From Lama guanicoe (Eukaryota): 64,000 bases of DNA. The first letter of the stretch is position 1, and each line of letters opens with the position of its first letter. Positions 37,661-50,450 of this stretch are shown one piece after another. Location of the stretch: contig MU053352.1 of assembly GCA_013239625.1 (NCBI GenBank), positions 877,079-941,078 on the forward strand, in the 5' to 3' direction. Made by a program: the position numbers and the translations under genes. The notes beneath the pieces were generated by a model, which ran no database searches, was not told the origin of the DNA, and saw nothing but the letters and a program-made list of their open reading frames with translations.

Positions 37661-40600
37661 GTTAACTGATTGAAACTGAATTAATCAACCTTCACCAATT
37701 TAAAGGTTTTCAAACATACAACAAAGTTCCTGTTACGACATGTAATGGACTCAGGAATGGTGGTGCTGGGTCAGTACTTCCCATCCTGGCCTTTGAAGCA
37801 ACTTGCACTTCTTCCATCTAGAGAATAAACCCTTAGGAGTTGTGTCAGAGTCACTGGTGGGGGCGGATGAGGCATTAGCCACTCTGGGCCTTGATTTTCT
37901 AGCTACAAAATGAACAGCATGACAACGAAGCAAATGGCTGTGGGTGGCAGGGTGTGGATCCAGTGCCAAGTGTTGGGCTGCAGGCTCTGCCTGCCTTCTC
38001 TGCGTTTCTTCATTTAATCCCCAGGAATATGTTCCTTAAACACCCTTTCGACAGGTGGGGATGCTAAGGCTCTGAGGTACAGTGACTCGTGCAAGATCGA
38101 CATGCTTGTTCTGACTGACCTTGGAGGCTTCACTCTGGGCAGTGCTCTGTGGGGTCCCCATAAACAGGATGCTGCCCCCTGGCTCCCAGGGGCCTCGGAG
38201 GAAAGGTGAGGTGAGGTGGGCGTGGTGTCCTGGATGCTTTGGGAAAGGCTCTAAATACGCAGGTGACTTTTAACAGGATGATCAGGTGCAAGAATAATTC
38301 AACCCAGGACACTGAACACTGAGTGTCACGGACTCTGGAAGCTGGAAGAATCTTTCGAATGCAGAGCCATGCCATGCCCTCCATTCTCAGAGCTGAGACA
38401 CGGGGATGCAGGGGCTGCGTGCCTCGTGCTGTCCTCACTGGGAGCCCTGGGGCCACTGGCCTTGTCTCTTCTGTCTGCCCGCCCTCACCTGGCTGACAGC
38501 CGTGTCACGGAGAAGATAGTGAACAAAGCACACTGAGGGGGAAGCTAAAATAGTGAAAAAAATCCAGAGGAAAAGCAAGCAGTCCTACTAAGGCAAACAC
38601 ACACACACCCACACATACACACACAGTTCTCCTTCCTACCTAGTTCTTTTATGCTGTAAGTCACATCAAACAATGATCAGATTCTGCTCAAGTGAAATAC
38701 TTAAAAATCTACAGCCTAGCTTCAGAGGTCCCCAGAACAGGTACCCAGAAGGGTGCCAGTTTGTCCTTCAAGAAGGAAATACTTTAGCTGAAAAGTCTTA
38801 GATGACCCAGCAGTGAGAAGGCCAGACATACGATGACCTCCAGTAATTCCATCCACTCTGCTGGCTGCCCTGAGCCCTGTACAAGTTTCCCTCTGTCCAC
38901 GTGTGGGTGAGGCTGAATCCCAGCTCTGAATCTGCCCCCATCTGCATTCACCACTGAGGACACCTCCCAGCAGATGGCTCCTAACAGTCTAGATGTAACC
39001 TTCTGAAACTGAGGGCACGAACTCTGCGACCTTCCTGAGGTCCACTCACCCCAAATATCCCATACTGGCAACCCTCCCCAACAAGTTCTATCTGACTTCA
39101 CATCAAGACCAGTTGATCCGGTCACTTCAAAGTGGTTGGTCTCATGTCGACAGTGACCACTCCCTTGTCATGTCCCACCTGGATGGCGGCTGTTGCAAGT
39201 CTCCCTAGAGGCCAGCCTTCTTGCTTCCACTTGCTACCAGAACACTATTCATCAGACTCTGGTTCCAGCATGTTCCTTCCTTTATTCAATAATACAGCAC
39301 ACACTCCCACTCAACTAAAATCCACATATATGTACGCATGTGTGTCAAGGGGTGGGTGGATCTATTGCTCATCCCAGAGAAATGGGTGCCTGGAAACCAG
39401 TGTGACTCTATGGGCACCCTGCCACTCATCCGGAGCCCGTCATGGCTCAGCCTCCACACCCACACCACCTTCTGGCCTTCCCAAGCCCCCCACCGCTGAC
39501 CCTGCTCCCTGACCCCTCACAGAGGGCATTTCTCATGCATCACACACCACACAGCCTCTTCCCCTTTGCACCTCTGCCCTTGACTGGACCTTAACTGGAC
39601 CATGCAGAGGTGAGATCAGGCTTTGGAGTCCCACAGGGGCAAGATTCTTCCGTGACGTGAAGGACCAGTGGTTCCCCCTCTGGGCCTCAGGCTCATCACT
39701 GATGAGTGGCTCGGGCCCACAGGAGAGAAGCACTGACCTTCTCTGTGTTGTCTGGGGGATCAAGTCCTCCAAGGGTACCATCTAGCATCCACATTCCTTG
39801 TGGGGATAGCTTAAGAACGAAGCCCTTTAGAGCAGCAGTGTTCTAAGAATAGCTACGCACAAATGCTGAATGCCGCTGTCATTAATAAATGATTCTGCAC
39901 CGAAGCCAAAGAATTAATTTGAGAGCAGTTTATGATAATGTGCTGCTAGTCAATTAAAATAAACTTCCGAGAGGGGAAAAACGTTCAATTTATCGTTGAT
40001 TGTTTTAGAGCAGAAAAATGGAATGGGGGAGAGTGCACCATTCAAGTCAGTTTGAAAAAAGGCAAAAAGGAGACAGATTCCATGCGGGACGGTGCCTCAG
40101 CCTGACTCTGCCCACACGTGGCCTCCGCCACAAGGGGCCTCCAAAGAGGTGGGGGCTGCCGCTCTGGGAGCTGAGCCTCGGGACTTTACCCTCGAGTGAG
40201 CCAGGGCCTGCACTGCACCCTGCACACGCCTTGGGAAGGAGTGACCTGCCTGAGGACCAGGCCGCCTGGAGGAACCCACAGAGAATCGTGGTCAGGACCT
40301 ACCAAGTGGCTCTGGGGACATGGCCTCTTCTCAGCCCCTTCTGCTGTCAGGAGTGGCTGGCTCAGCTGGCCCCACTCAATTGCTTATGTCCATTATTGAC
40401 CTAAAGGCCTTCTGCTTGGCCTTGAAGTCTAAATACTACTTTCACCAACAAGTACCTCAAGCCAACCAAAGAAAAAATGTGATTCCCAATAAATTAATAG
40501 TCATTTGTCTAATCTCCAATTATGCCTTTAAAAAAAAGTGACAACAAAAAGAATTGAAAATACAAATCTACTGTGGAATGTTCCTCCTCCTTCATTGGTT

Positions 40601-41513
40601 ATTAAAGGAGTACAAATTAAAGCCGCCTTGAGGTAGGTACCCTTTTAAATATACTAAAATGGTCAAACACCTAGTGCCAGTGAGAGTACAGTGAGGCTCT
40701 CAGACCTCCACAGGCCCCTTCCATACAGAGACAGGCTAGCCCATCAAGGCGCCATGATGGTACCTGGCCCTTAACTCAGTAATCCAACTCCTGGGGATTT
40801 TCCCTCAGGAGACAATCCAAGAGAAGCAAAGAGCTTTCGGTCCAAAGACATTCATTGCATCCTTATCTGTAATAGTGCAAATGGGAACCTCAAATGCTCC
40901 ACAGTTGGAGGATGGGTCAAACCATTAGAGGACCTCAACTCAGTGGAATATTATGCAGCCATTAAAGTGATCTTTATAAAGACGGGGAATCTGTTAGCGA
41001 TACTGTGGGGTAACAAGGGCAGAGCATGCAGGGTGCTGTCTAATGTGATAGAAAAGCTGTGAAACACAAGTGTACGTGCGGGGTGGGGGCAATCTGGTGA
41101 GTGTGTGGGGTTGCTGGGAGACCTCCTCTGTTCCCACTGCTCTTCATCTTACTGTGCAATCTTTCCCACAACAATGAAAACTGAACAAGCTACATCCAAT
41201 CAGTTGAATTATTTGAAACCCTCCCCTAAGGGGACAAAGGAGATGCAGAGGAGTCGGCTGGGGCTAGGTGTCCTGCTCAGGAAGTGTGAGTTACGAGGCC
41301 ACAGGATGGCGGGGATAGAGGCCGGCGGGTGGCCCGTGAGCAGGAAGCAAGGGCACTGAAGCCTAAACAGTCTTAACATCAGTCAGGCTGCCTGGGGAGG
41401 CATGGGTTTGGGGGTCAAATATGCAACCCATTCACTGGGTGGCTTGAAACAAGTGCAAGAGCCTCTCTGAATCTCACTTCCCCGATGCTCATCAAGACAC
41501 GGGGCTGTTGTCC

Positions 41514-41888
41514 TGTTACATGCTAAACTGTGACCCCAAATTCATATGCTGAAGTTGAAACCTGTAGGACCTCATTATGTGAATGTGTTTTGGAGACAGG
41601 GCCTTTAAAGAGAGGGTGAAGGTACCATGGGTCAGACACTGGGCCCTAATCCAATAGGCCTGGTATCCTTATAAGAGGAGGAAATTAGGACACACATCAA
41701 GGCATCGATGACCATGCAGGAGATAGGGAGGCGGCAGCCACCAACAAGCCAAGGAGAGAGGCTGCAAGATGAAACCAACTCTGCTGACAACTTGACCTTG
41801 GACTTCTGGCCTCCAGCACGGTGGGAAAATACATTTCTGTTGTCCAAGCCTGTGGTATTTGGTTTGTCAGCCTGAGCGGACTAATCCA
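41514..41888 (+). mobile_element. MaLR (MLT1A/B-like) solo LTR
   Basis: tgttac...aaattcatatgctgaag...gccctaatccaata...ttgaccttggacttctggcctcca...ggactaatcca. Confidence 0.85.
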
Positions 41889-42249
41889 CTTCCCTTTGCA
41901 GAGTCACGAGGGTGACGTCACCAGCACAGGGCGGCCAGGCAAAAAACACCTGGAAAGGCGGGCTGGGTCCTGGTGCCCGAAAACCACTGACCCAGAAGAG
42001 GCCTGTGCTGGAAGATGGCTCTCGGTGACCATCAACAAATCAGAGACAGCTTCTCTCCTGATCCTCGCGGCAGCTGGGGGAGGTTGGGCAGGACAGACAG
42101 TGCTCTGACACAGCTGGCAAATGGAAGTTCAGTGAAGTTAAGGGCTTTTGTTCAAAGTCAAAGAGCAAGAACGGACTGAAGAAGGGTCAAGATGCAGCAT
42201 TTTAAACTTCCAAGCTTCATTTTTCCCCTCTACTGAAAAGCAAGCTTCT

Positions 42250-43150
42250 GATGGACAGATCTTACAACATAAACATTTAAAAATTCCACGGCAACGTGAC
42301 CACCATAAACAGAGAAGCAACAAAGAGCAAATGCTTGCAAGACATATAACCAACAAAGGAGAAATAACCAGAACTTCAAATGAGCTCCTACATATCAGCC
42401 TAAAAAAAACACGTATCTAAACAATAGGAATATAATGAGTCGCAAAATGGACATGATTGGTCAACAAACAGAAAAAAGGATGCTCAGTCTCATGGGTAAT
42501 AAGAGAAATGAAAAACAGAGCAAGGAAATGCCTCTTCATTCTCTCACCAGAGTCACAAAGAGTAACAGGAATGATGGGGCAGCCTCTGTCGACAACCCAC
42601 GAGTTCCGGAGATACAGATCTACGCATTCTTTGTGGGCGACTATGTGGATGTGTCTGTTGATATGCATCACGGGCATGCCCTGGTAACCCAGCAATTCCG
42701 CTCCTAGGAACCTATGCTTTGGAAACACTGACACACGTGCAGGAAGAGGCATACACAAGCAGGTTCACTACAGCGCTCCCCGCAATAGGAATAAAAGGTA
42801 AAGGAACGAACTGTCCATCAAGAGGAAAATGACTGAATAAATTGTGACCCACTACGGAATTCCAGGCTGGCATTTAAAAAATGAGATAGGCCCATTTGTA
42901 TCATCATGTAAAGATCTCCAAAATATCCTGGTAGGGGAAAAAGCAAGCCGTTTATCAATACGCACAGGATGATCTCAGAGACGTGTAAATGCGGATGCGC
43001 GGGTGCATGTGGACCGACGTGGCTTTACAAATGCAGGGGAAAGTCTGGAAAAGTGCCACTGTTAACAAATGGGTGTGTGTCTCTCTTTGGCGGGGTGTGA
43101 GACGGAGGTAATGAACGATGACTAAATTTTATGTTATGTACTCTAGAATC
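42250..43150 (+). mobile_element. Old L1ME 3' fragments
   Basis: acccagcaattccgctcctagg; aactgtccatcaagagg...gaataaattgtg. Confidence 0.65.
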
Positions 43151-44904
43151 ATTTAGAGATTTTATCATCTTTTTTTATTTTTGAAGTATAGTCAGTTTAC
43201 AATGCTGTGTCAGTTTTAAAGATTTTACAAGCGTATGTCTCCTAACCTAAAGTCATCTCTCAACAAATTACCACTGGAAAGAGTGTGCCAGAATCAACTC
43301 CTGCTCGGGGTGAAATGTAGGGGACCCTATGGAAGACTGTCTCGTGGTGGAAGGTCAGGCACAAAGGAGGTGGATGAGGAGTGAGTTTGAGGGCAGGAGG
43401 GCCCAGAAGTCACATCAGAGAAGCCACCACATCAGTGCACACAGACCAACCTGGCAGGCAGCAATCAGAGAGGGGCCGGATCATTTGCCGCACCCGTGGC
43501 ACAATCCCCAGGAGGCGGAGGAGCAGAGCCGCCCATGGTGATGGGCCCTGCAAAGAACGGACACAGCTGCAGCAGATGCGGGGCAGGGGGCACAGGCGCC
43601 TGTCATCCGGCCGGGCAGCGGACCTCGACCCACCCGTGGCTGCCACGCTGCCACAGACCCCGGTGACCTTGAGAGTGACAGCTGTGGCTCAGGGATGAGG
43701 CCAAGCAGAGGCCACCACGTGGGTGGCCGGGCATCCACCTGTGTTCACCTCACCAGGTCTGCTCTGGGAGAGGTGTCAGGAGTGGTAGCAGAAAAGGACA
43801 GAGGATGCTGCAGGCGAGTGTGGACGGAGATGCAGGGAAGGCGAGACGTGACAGAGGCTGCTCAGAAGGGTCACCCCTGAGCGTGGCAGCCCTGTCTGAT
43901 GCCCTCCGAGGGCCCTTCCTGGGCCCCACTCACACCAACCATCCCTCTTTGAAACTCCCTGTCTCCTGGTTCTGTTACCACATGCCCACTGTCCTCCAAC
44001 CTCCTCCGTCCTGGCTCCCAGGGAGGGGTCAGTCCCACTCATGCTGGGGCCCAAGTGACAGTGTCCACACCCAGGGCTCCATGTTCTACCTCCTGGTTCA
44101 TGTCTCCCCATCTGTACCATCAGAATAGTCCTCCCCTCCAAGCTCCAGACCTCGATGTCCCCTAACTCAACTTATCCTCAACTGAGCCAGCAGCTCTCCT
44201 CTGCTCCTTCCTACAACCTTTCCCTTTCCAGACAATTCTTTCTGCCCTCCGGCACCAGGCTGGAGGGTCAGCTCCTGCGGGTCCTCCTCTCCGTGAGCCC
44301 CTACACTCGGAGTCTCCAAGTCCTGATGATGTTAAATTCAACCGAGTCTGCACACCCACACCTTCTTCTCCACCCAGGGCAGAGGTGAGCCACCCCCGGC
44401 TCACTTCCAAGGTCTCAGCTTCCTCTACCCATTCTGCCCCATCTTCCATGCCGCCAGGAAACAGTCACTAAAGGTATCATACGCTCACCTCCTTTCCCTG
44501 GTTCCCTGAAACCCACAGCAGTAATTTTAAGTTCAAACTCCTTGGCAAAACACAGTCCACTAGGAGTGAAGCCTTGTGGGCCTCAGCAACCCCCTACTCC
44601 CACTCCTGGGCTCCACCCACTTTTCTTCCCTCCTATCTGTACTGCCTTGGCTCACCTGGCCTGTGATGCCCTGCCCTACTCCCCCTCGGCTGGCTCCTGT
44701 CATCTCTGGACACTGGGCTGTGGGCCTCCTAAGGGAGCCTGATTGACTGTTGTCACCCCCGGGAGGGCTGGAAGGCTACTCAGAGGAGGGCCCTCCCTCA
44801 GGGTCCTCACCACATCTGTGCACACCTCTTGTGCACTCAACACATGAACTCACAAGCATCTTATCTACAAATGATCAGCGCCTTTAGGAACAGGAAGGGG
44901 TGGT

Positions 44905-45364
44905 ACTCTGCATTAGTTTTCTACTGGGTGGCTTCAAACAACAGAAATATATTCTCTCGCAATCTGGAGGCTAGAAGTCCACAACCTAGGTGTTGGAGGG
45001 TCCTGCCCCTCTGAAGGCTGAGGGGAGGTTCCTTCCTTATCTCTTCTAGCTTCTGGGAGCCCCATGCTTTCTGTGGCTTGTGGAACATCTGCACGTAGCC
45101 TTTTCCCGTGCGTCTGGGTCTCCACATGACCTTCTCCTCTGTGTGTGTGTGTGTGAGTGTGTGTGTGTCTGTGTGTGTGTGTGTGTGTCTGTGTCCAAAT
45201 CTCCCTCTTTTTACAGGACACCAGTCATACTGGATGAGGTACCACTCTCTTGACTTCATCTTGATCACATCTGCAAAGACTATGTCCAAAAAAGTCACAT
45301 TCACAGGTCCTGGGGGTTAGGATTTCAACATATCTTGGGGGGGAACACAATACACCCCACAACA
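44905..45364 (-). mobile_element. MaLR (MLT1-like) LTR containing (TG)n
   Basis: ggtggcttcaaacaacagaaat...ctggaggctagaagtcc...gatcacatctgcaaagac...ggggttaggatttcaacatatc; (TG)n at 45140-45193. Confidence 0.85.
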
Positions 45365-48300
45365 CTCACTTTGGCATTCCTGGTGCTCAGCACTGAACTA
45401 GACCCACAGCAAGGCTCTGCTGGCCCTGTGAATGGATGTCTGAGCCAGTGTGCTCTGGGTCCGGGCAGTGGAGGAACAGTCGGAGCAGAAAGGCAGCTGG
45501 GAGGAGGCCTGGAGGAGGTGGGAGAGGGGAGGGATGGGTCCAGGTGTCGGGAGAGCACTGCGTGGGAGAGGCCTTGGCTCTGGGCTTTGCAGTGCAGGGA
45601 GCTGGGCCATCCTGAGACATCTGCCCCCATGCTGGAGGCAGGGAGGGGCCTGGAAGACCTGTCAGGAGAGCAGTGACAAGAGCAGAACCAGTGTTCCTGG
45701 AAGACTAACCTGCCTGGAGCACACTGAGGCAAGTCTAAAAGGGTCCCGCCCAGGGCAGGGAGGCAGCTAGGTCCAAGGATAGTGCAAAAAGTTAGCAGCT
45801 AACAAGGAACTGAATCAGGGCAGTGGCAGCGTGGCCAGAGGGCAGGGACAGAATTCACAGGAAGTGGGGCAGAAGACAGACAGAGCATGGCCTGAGGCAG
45901 TAAGGAGAGGAAGGAGTCCAGGCTCCTGGGGGCTGAGGTTCAGAATGCAAGACTTAAGAGGCAGGGGGCCAGCGACTGGAAACGGTGGCCCAGGAAGAGC
46001 AGTAGGCCCACAGGAGCTGCGATCTGTTTAGGCTCATGAAATGTTGTTCAATTAAAAAAGCAAGCTCACAGGTACACTCATTAAGTAACCACTGAGACGG
46101 GGCATATGTGCAAAGCATCTATAAGACAGCCATGTGCTTCGTAAAAATTCAAGTTGACGGGCAACAAGCATGGCTTTTTTTTTTTTAAATCAATGCCTGG
46201 TGCCCAGGCTGTTAGCAGCAGGTGTTTTGGAGAAAGGCCTCAGGCCAATGGAACTAGAAATTTAACTTATTTGAATAACCTTTAAATTACCTCATCACCC
46301 CAGGAAATGGGAATCAATACAGTCTGCAGACGCATCCATGGGCCAGCAGAGACCAGATGGAGCTGCTAACCCAGGGGGGCAGCCGGGACCCAAGGGAGCT
46401 CGGGGTCATCTCTGGGATTGCAGGGGTCCCTGGTCTCAGGAAGCGCTTTCTGACAGAGCCACCAGCAAACCCCAGGCTCCCCAAAGAGGCAGTGCTGGAG
46501 TGGTCCATTAGAGGGGGCTCTTCCCCTGGGAGATGGAAGAAAGACCCCCCTCCCAAGGATGAGTCATTCCCTCTCTGGGCCTCAGTCTCCTGCTGTCAGG
46601 AGAGGTCACTGATTTCCTTCACCTTCCAGCTCTGCTCCCAGCTGCCACTGCTGTCCCTTGGCCAGATCACAAGCCCCACCCCTGGGTGAAGAGGAGCCCA
46701 TCTGGCAGGCCTGGAAAGGAAGGTCTCATGACACTGACCCCTCCTCGTTGTGATTGTGTCCAGCAGACCCTAACCTCTGCTTCTCCTTCCTCCTGCTGCT
46801 GCCCAGCAGTGGGTGCTGTCACCACGGTGGACTGTGAGCCTGGAGATCAGGGTGACTCCCCCTTTCTGTGCCACCGGCTCATCTGGGAGGCCCTGTCCTT
46901 GTGCTGGAGAAGCATGTGCCGCAGTCAGACCCTGAGCACCTGTCATCTAACCTCTCCCAGCTCCGGTCTCCTCCTCTGTATCCCAGGGGTGCTGATGGTT
47001 CTTATCTCACCGGGCTGTCAGGAGGATGGAGTCACTATAGGGAAGCCTGGCCTGAAGTAAGACCCCATCTAGTGTCAGCTGCTGTCACTGCAGAGCACGT
47101 GGGACAGACGCAGGAGGAGAAGAGACACAACATTGGAGGAAAACCCTGTTTTACAGAGAGAGAACCTCAGGGGACAGCAGCAGCCACAGAGCCTTTCCTG
47201 GAAGGGCTTTCTCTGAACAGAGACCCCTTGTGGCCTCGGGCATTTAGGCTCCCTTCCTCCTGGAGGGAACAGTCCCCTGGTCCCTTTGCCCAGGCTCCAC
47301 TCTGGCCAACCAATGTCCCTGGATGAGGGCAGACCCAAGGACAGCCCCCACCTCGGGAACACCACCTCCAGCAGGACCAGGCTACCCATGGCAAACTACT
47401 GAGTCCTTTCATAGCCCTCATGGTTGGAGTCTAAACTCCAATATGTGGGGATTCTGTCTCAACACACTCAATACACTTGGTGATTCGTCTGCTAACTGGT
47501 GGTGGCAGACTACGGCAGGAGATACATTAAGGATAACTCAGAGAGGCTACGTCACAGCATACAGTTAGTTAATGAGAGGTAAAATGGGAATCTGGACCCA
47601 GGTCTCTCAAACTAAAAGCTGGGCCTCTTTTCACTCCTTTACCTGACGCAGCTGTTGCCACCCATCCCTAACGCCATTCTACGAGTAAACTAAGATCAAC
47701 TGCCTTCACCAAAATAAAATTTATTACGTTGCTAAATATTCATCACTTTACTTTCTGCCTTGGCCTTGAGAAATCCAGTCAGAAAGGTTCTGTTCCTACG
47801 TTTCATACCCATTTTACAACTGTGCACAGAGAGGCAGTCTTGTATGATACAACCAAGTGCAGGACTTCTGAGCAGAGACTGAGAACCGGATCTAGGACCG
47901 TGTCTTGCTCAGCCAACTCTCAAATGTTATCTTCCTCCGGTACAGAGAACTTGAGCCCAACTTAATTATTGAAGAGGTTTTAAGTTGCTCAGACTAGGAA
48001 TAAAAATAGGTAGCCTGATTGCATTACAGGTGTGGAGCATGCTAAAAATATACCCCAAGTTGATCTAGTTATGGAAAACTTTGGGGCTATGAACATATTT
48101 TCAAAACAAACCATGCAAAGCTCAAATACACTCTTTTCCAAAAAACAGAAGCAATGGCCTGCTGCTTAGCTGGCCTGCCATTATACATTCTGAACTTCAG
48201 ATTTTTACAAAACAAGTCAACAACAATGTCAAAGTACAGTTATGAGTCAGCCATCCTTCCTGACAATTACACTCTAAAGAGGTTTATTCATCTGGCCAAA

Positions 48301-49196
48301 AATACAAAGTGTTTACACAGTAGGAAAAAACTTACCTCCCAAAACAAAAGTGCTTTTGGGTGGAAAAACTGATCAAGAATAATGTAAATTGAGTCTATGT
48401 CAGCTGTGCAGTTACCATACTTTCCTCCTTATGACCTTTCCCCTCTACAGATCATTGGCCAGAAGCGAATGGTACCTGGTACCCAGTGGTCGACTTTATG
48501 CAAGCAATGCTAGCACATCCTTGGCATGCATTTCCATCAGCACTGCAGCGCTACTGCAGCTCACACTGACCCTAAAATCTGCACATCATCTCACACATCT
48601 CTTCCATCTCTCTATCATTTCACTGGCACCATCAGGCACCCGATGATCCAAGGAAGTGGTCCACCAGAGTCATTGCTGGTGCCCACAGCTTAGGCTAGAC
48701 AGACAGAACAAAACACAGACCTCAGTCCTCCAGCACAAGCCTGTGGAGATTTAGAAGCTTCATTTACATCCATCAGGTTAAAACAGGCGCCTCACTCCAG
48801 CACAGCTAGACTTCTCCATGGTCCCCCTTCCTTCCAGGCCCTCACCTCCCCAACATACCAAAAGTCCTTTGTCAAGACAGTAAAGCTCCCCTCAACAGCC
48901 CGCCCATCAGGTTTTAGGAATCAAGAGGTCTCTGTCTGACCTTGCCAGGTGATGGAGATGGGAACCGAATGGTGGTGGGATCGAAGGCAGAGGTGACCCA
49001 TCAAGTTTAAACACATCTCCCACTTCAGCTGAGGCAGGATGGGGGCAGCTTTAGGGATCGAGGAAGCCCAAGGCTCCTCTGACTGGGTAGTTACCCAGCG
49101 TGACCCCAAACTGCTTACTCAGAGGCACAGACCGGCTGGAGAAGGGCTTTTCCTGTGACAGGCACCACCGGAGTTTAAATCTCCTTTGCGTGCTGG

Positions 49197-49200
<4 letters not shown>

Positions 49201-49240
<40 letters not shown>
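49201..49240. repeat. (AC)20 microsatellite
   Basis: Perfect dinucleotide run. Confidence 0.97.
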
Positions 49241-49245
<5 letters not shown>

Positions 49246-49849
49246 GGGAGTGCCTGCCCAGTATCCACTCCAGAGCTCCTCTGCCTGAATCCAGCTCACT
49301 CACAACAGCCAGGTGCACTATGTGACCCTTGTCCCTGAAACCCTGGTCGTGGCAGCTCAGGTGCCCAAGGAGACTGGAGGAAGGCAGGGAAAGGGCTTTA
49401 CCTCTCGCTTGTGGCCCCAATGAAGGCTCAAGCCTGTCTTCTCTGCTAAAAGATGGCTGGCCTCTGTCTGGGCTGAATTTCAGTGGCTGCCCAGAGCCAG
49501 CCCCCTACACAGAGTGGGAAAGGTGTCACCCTCTGACAACAGTCTGGACAAACAGCCCTTCCCAGTGCCATGCAGTGAGCTGCACCCAGGGTGGGGAGGA
49601 GGGCATGCCTTGTGACTGTCCTTAGACTTCTGGCTGAACCCTTTGTCCCCTGTCTTGTGAGGGAAGGGGGGCCTGCCCTCTATCCCAGGACTAGGTAAGT
49701 ACCAGGACAGACATCTGAGCCATCAGCCCTGTAGGCTACTCAAGATCAGGACTGGAAAAAATGTACAATGGGGAAGGAAAAATTTAAAGCCCAAGAGAAC
49801 TCCATGCCCCAGGACTCGCCTGCCCCATCTCTGCTCTGCCTGCCCCAAC

Positions 49850-50450
49850 TCACCCCAGGGAGGGGCTCCCGGGTGTGGAAGTGGGCCTGGCCCCGAGGCT
49901 GCGGGGGTTCTTCCAGTTGCCGCCGCCGCCTTCCCGTCGCCGCGCTCTCAGTCCATCTCGGTGCAGTGCTGGCTGCCACCGCCGCGCCGAGCAAGGGAGA
50001 AGGAGGGCGGTCCCCGGGTTGGGTGTATGCTGCCCAGCGGCCCGGGGCCCGCCTCTCCGCCGCGGCCGCCCCTTCAGCACCGCGGACAGCGGCCAGCCCG
50101 CGCTCTCCGAGCGCAGCCAAGCCGAGAGGAGCTGTGCGCCCCGCTCCGCCCGCCAGTCGGTCAGCCTGAGCGTGGCAGGGGCGCGGCGCGCCGCGTACTC
50201 ATTCCTCCAGCCTCTTCCTCACCAGCCTTAGGAGGCCACCTCTGCCCCGCCAGGGCTCCGCTCCAAGAGCGAAGGGCCGCCCGCGAGGCCCCCCGCCAGT
50301 CCCCGGAGGACCGGACGCACCTCCTCCAGCCCCGTCCTGAGCAGGGATTAGCTCTCAGCCCTGCAGTCTAGACAAAGGCAAGTTCTCCTGATGGGACGCG
50401 GCCGGTCAGGCGGCGGAAAGCGCAGCTCAGCCCCTTGAAATACTCGAGCT
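49850..50450 (-). promoter_or_regulatory. Intronic CpG island / alternative promoter with first-exon donor
   Basis: Very high CpG density; minus-strand donor GGG|gtgagt with exon end at 49854. Confidence 0.8.
50073..50093 (+). promoter_or_regulatory. RE1/NRSE (REST-binding element)
   Basis: TTCAGCACCGCGGACAGCGGC versus consensus TTCAGCACCnnGGACAGCGCC; both half-sites and the 2-bp spacer are intact. Confidence 0.9.

Noticed and set aside
48450..48560. Minus-strand peptide VLMEMHAKDVLALL faintly resembling the dynein heavy chain HARDV motif
   Set aside because: Only about 14 residues, flanked by stops, with no extended similarity; most likely chance.
49746..50371. Several 76-136 aa ORFs over the CpG island
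   Set aside because: Expected in CpG islands; several begin at non-ATG codons and those reaching the 49854 donor are not in the phase exon 3 needs.
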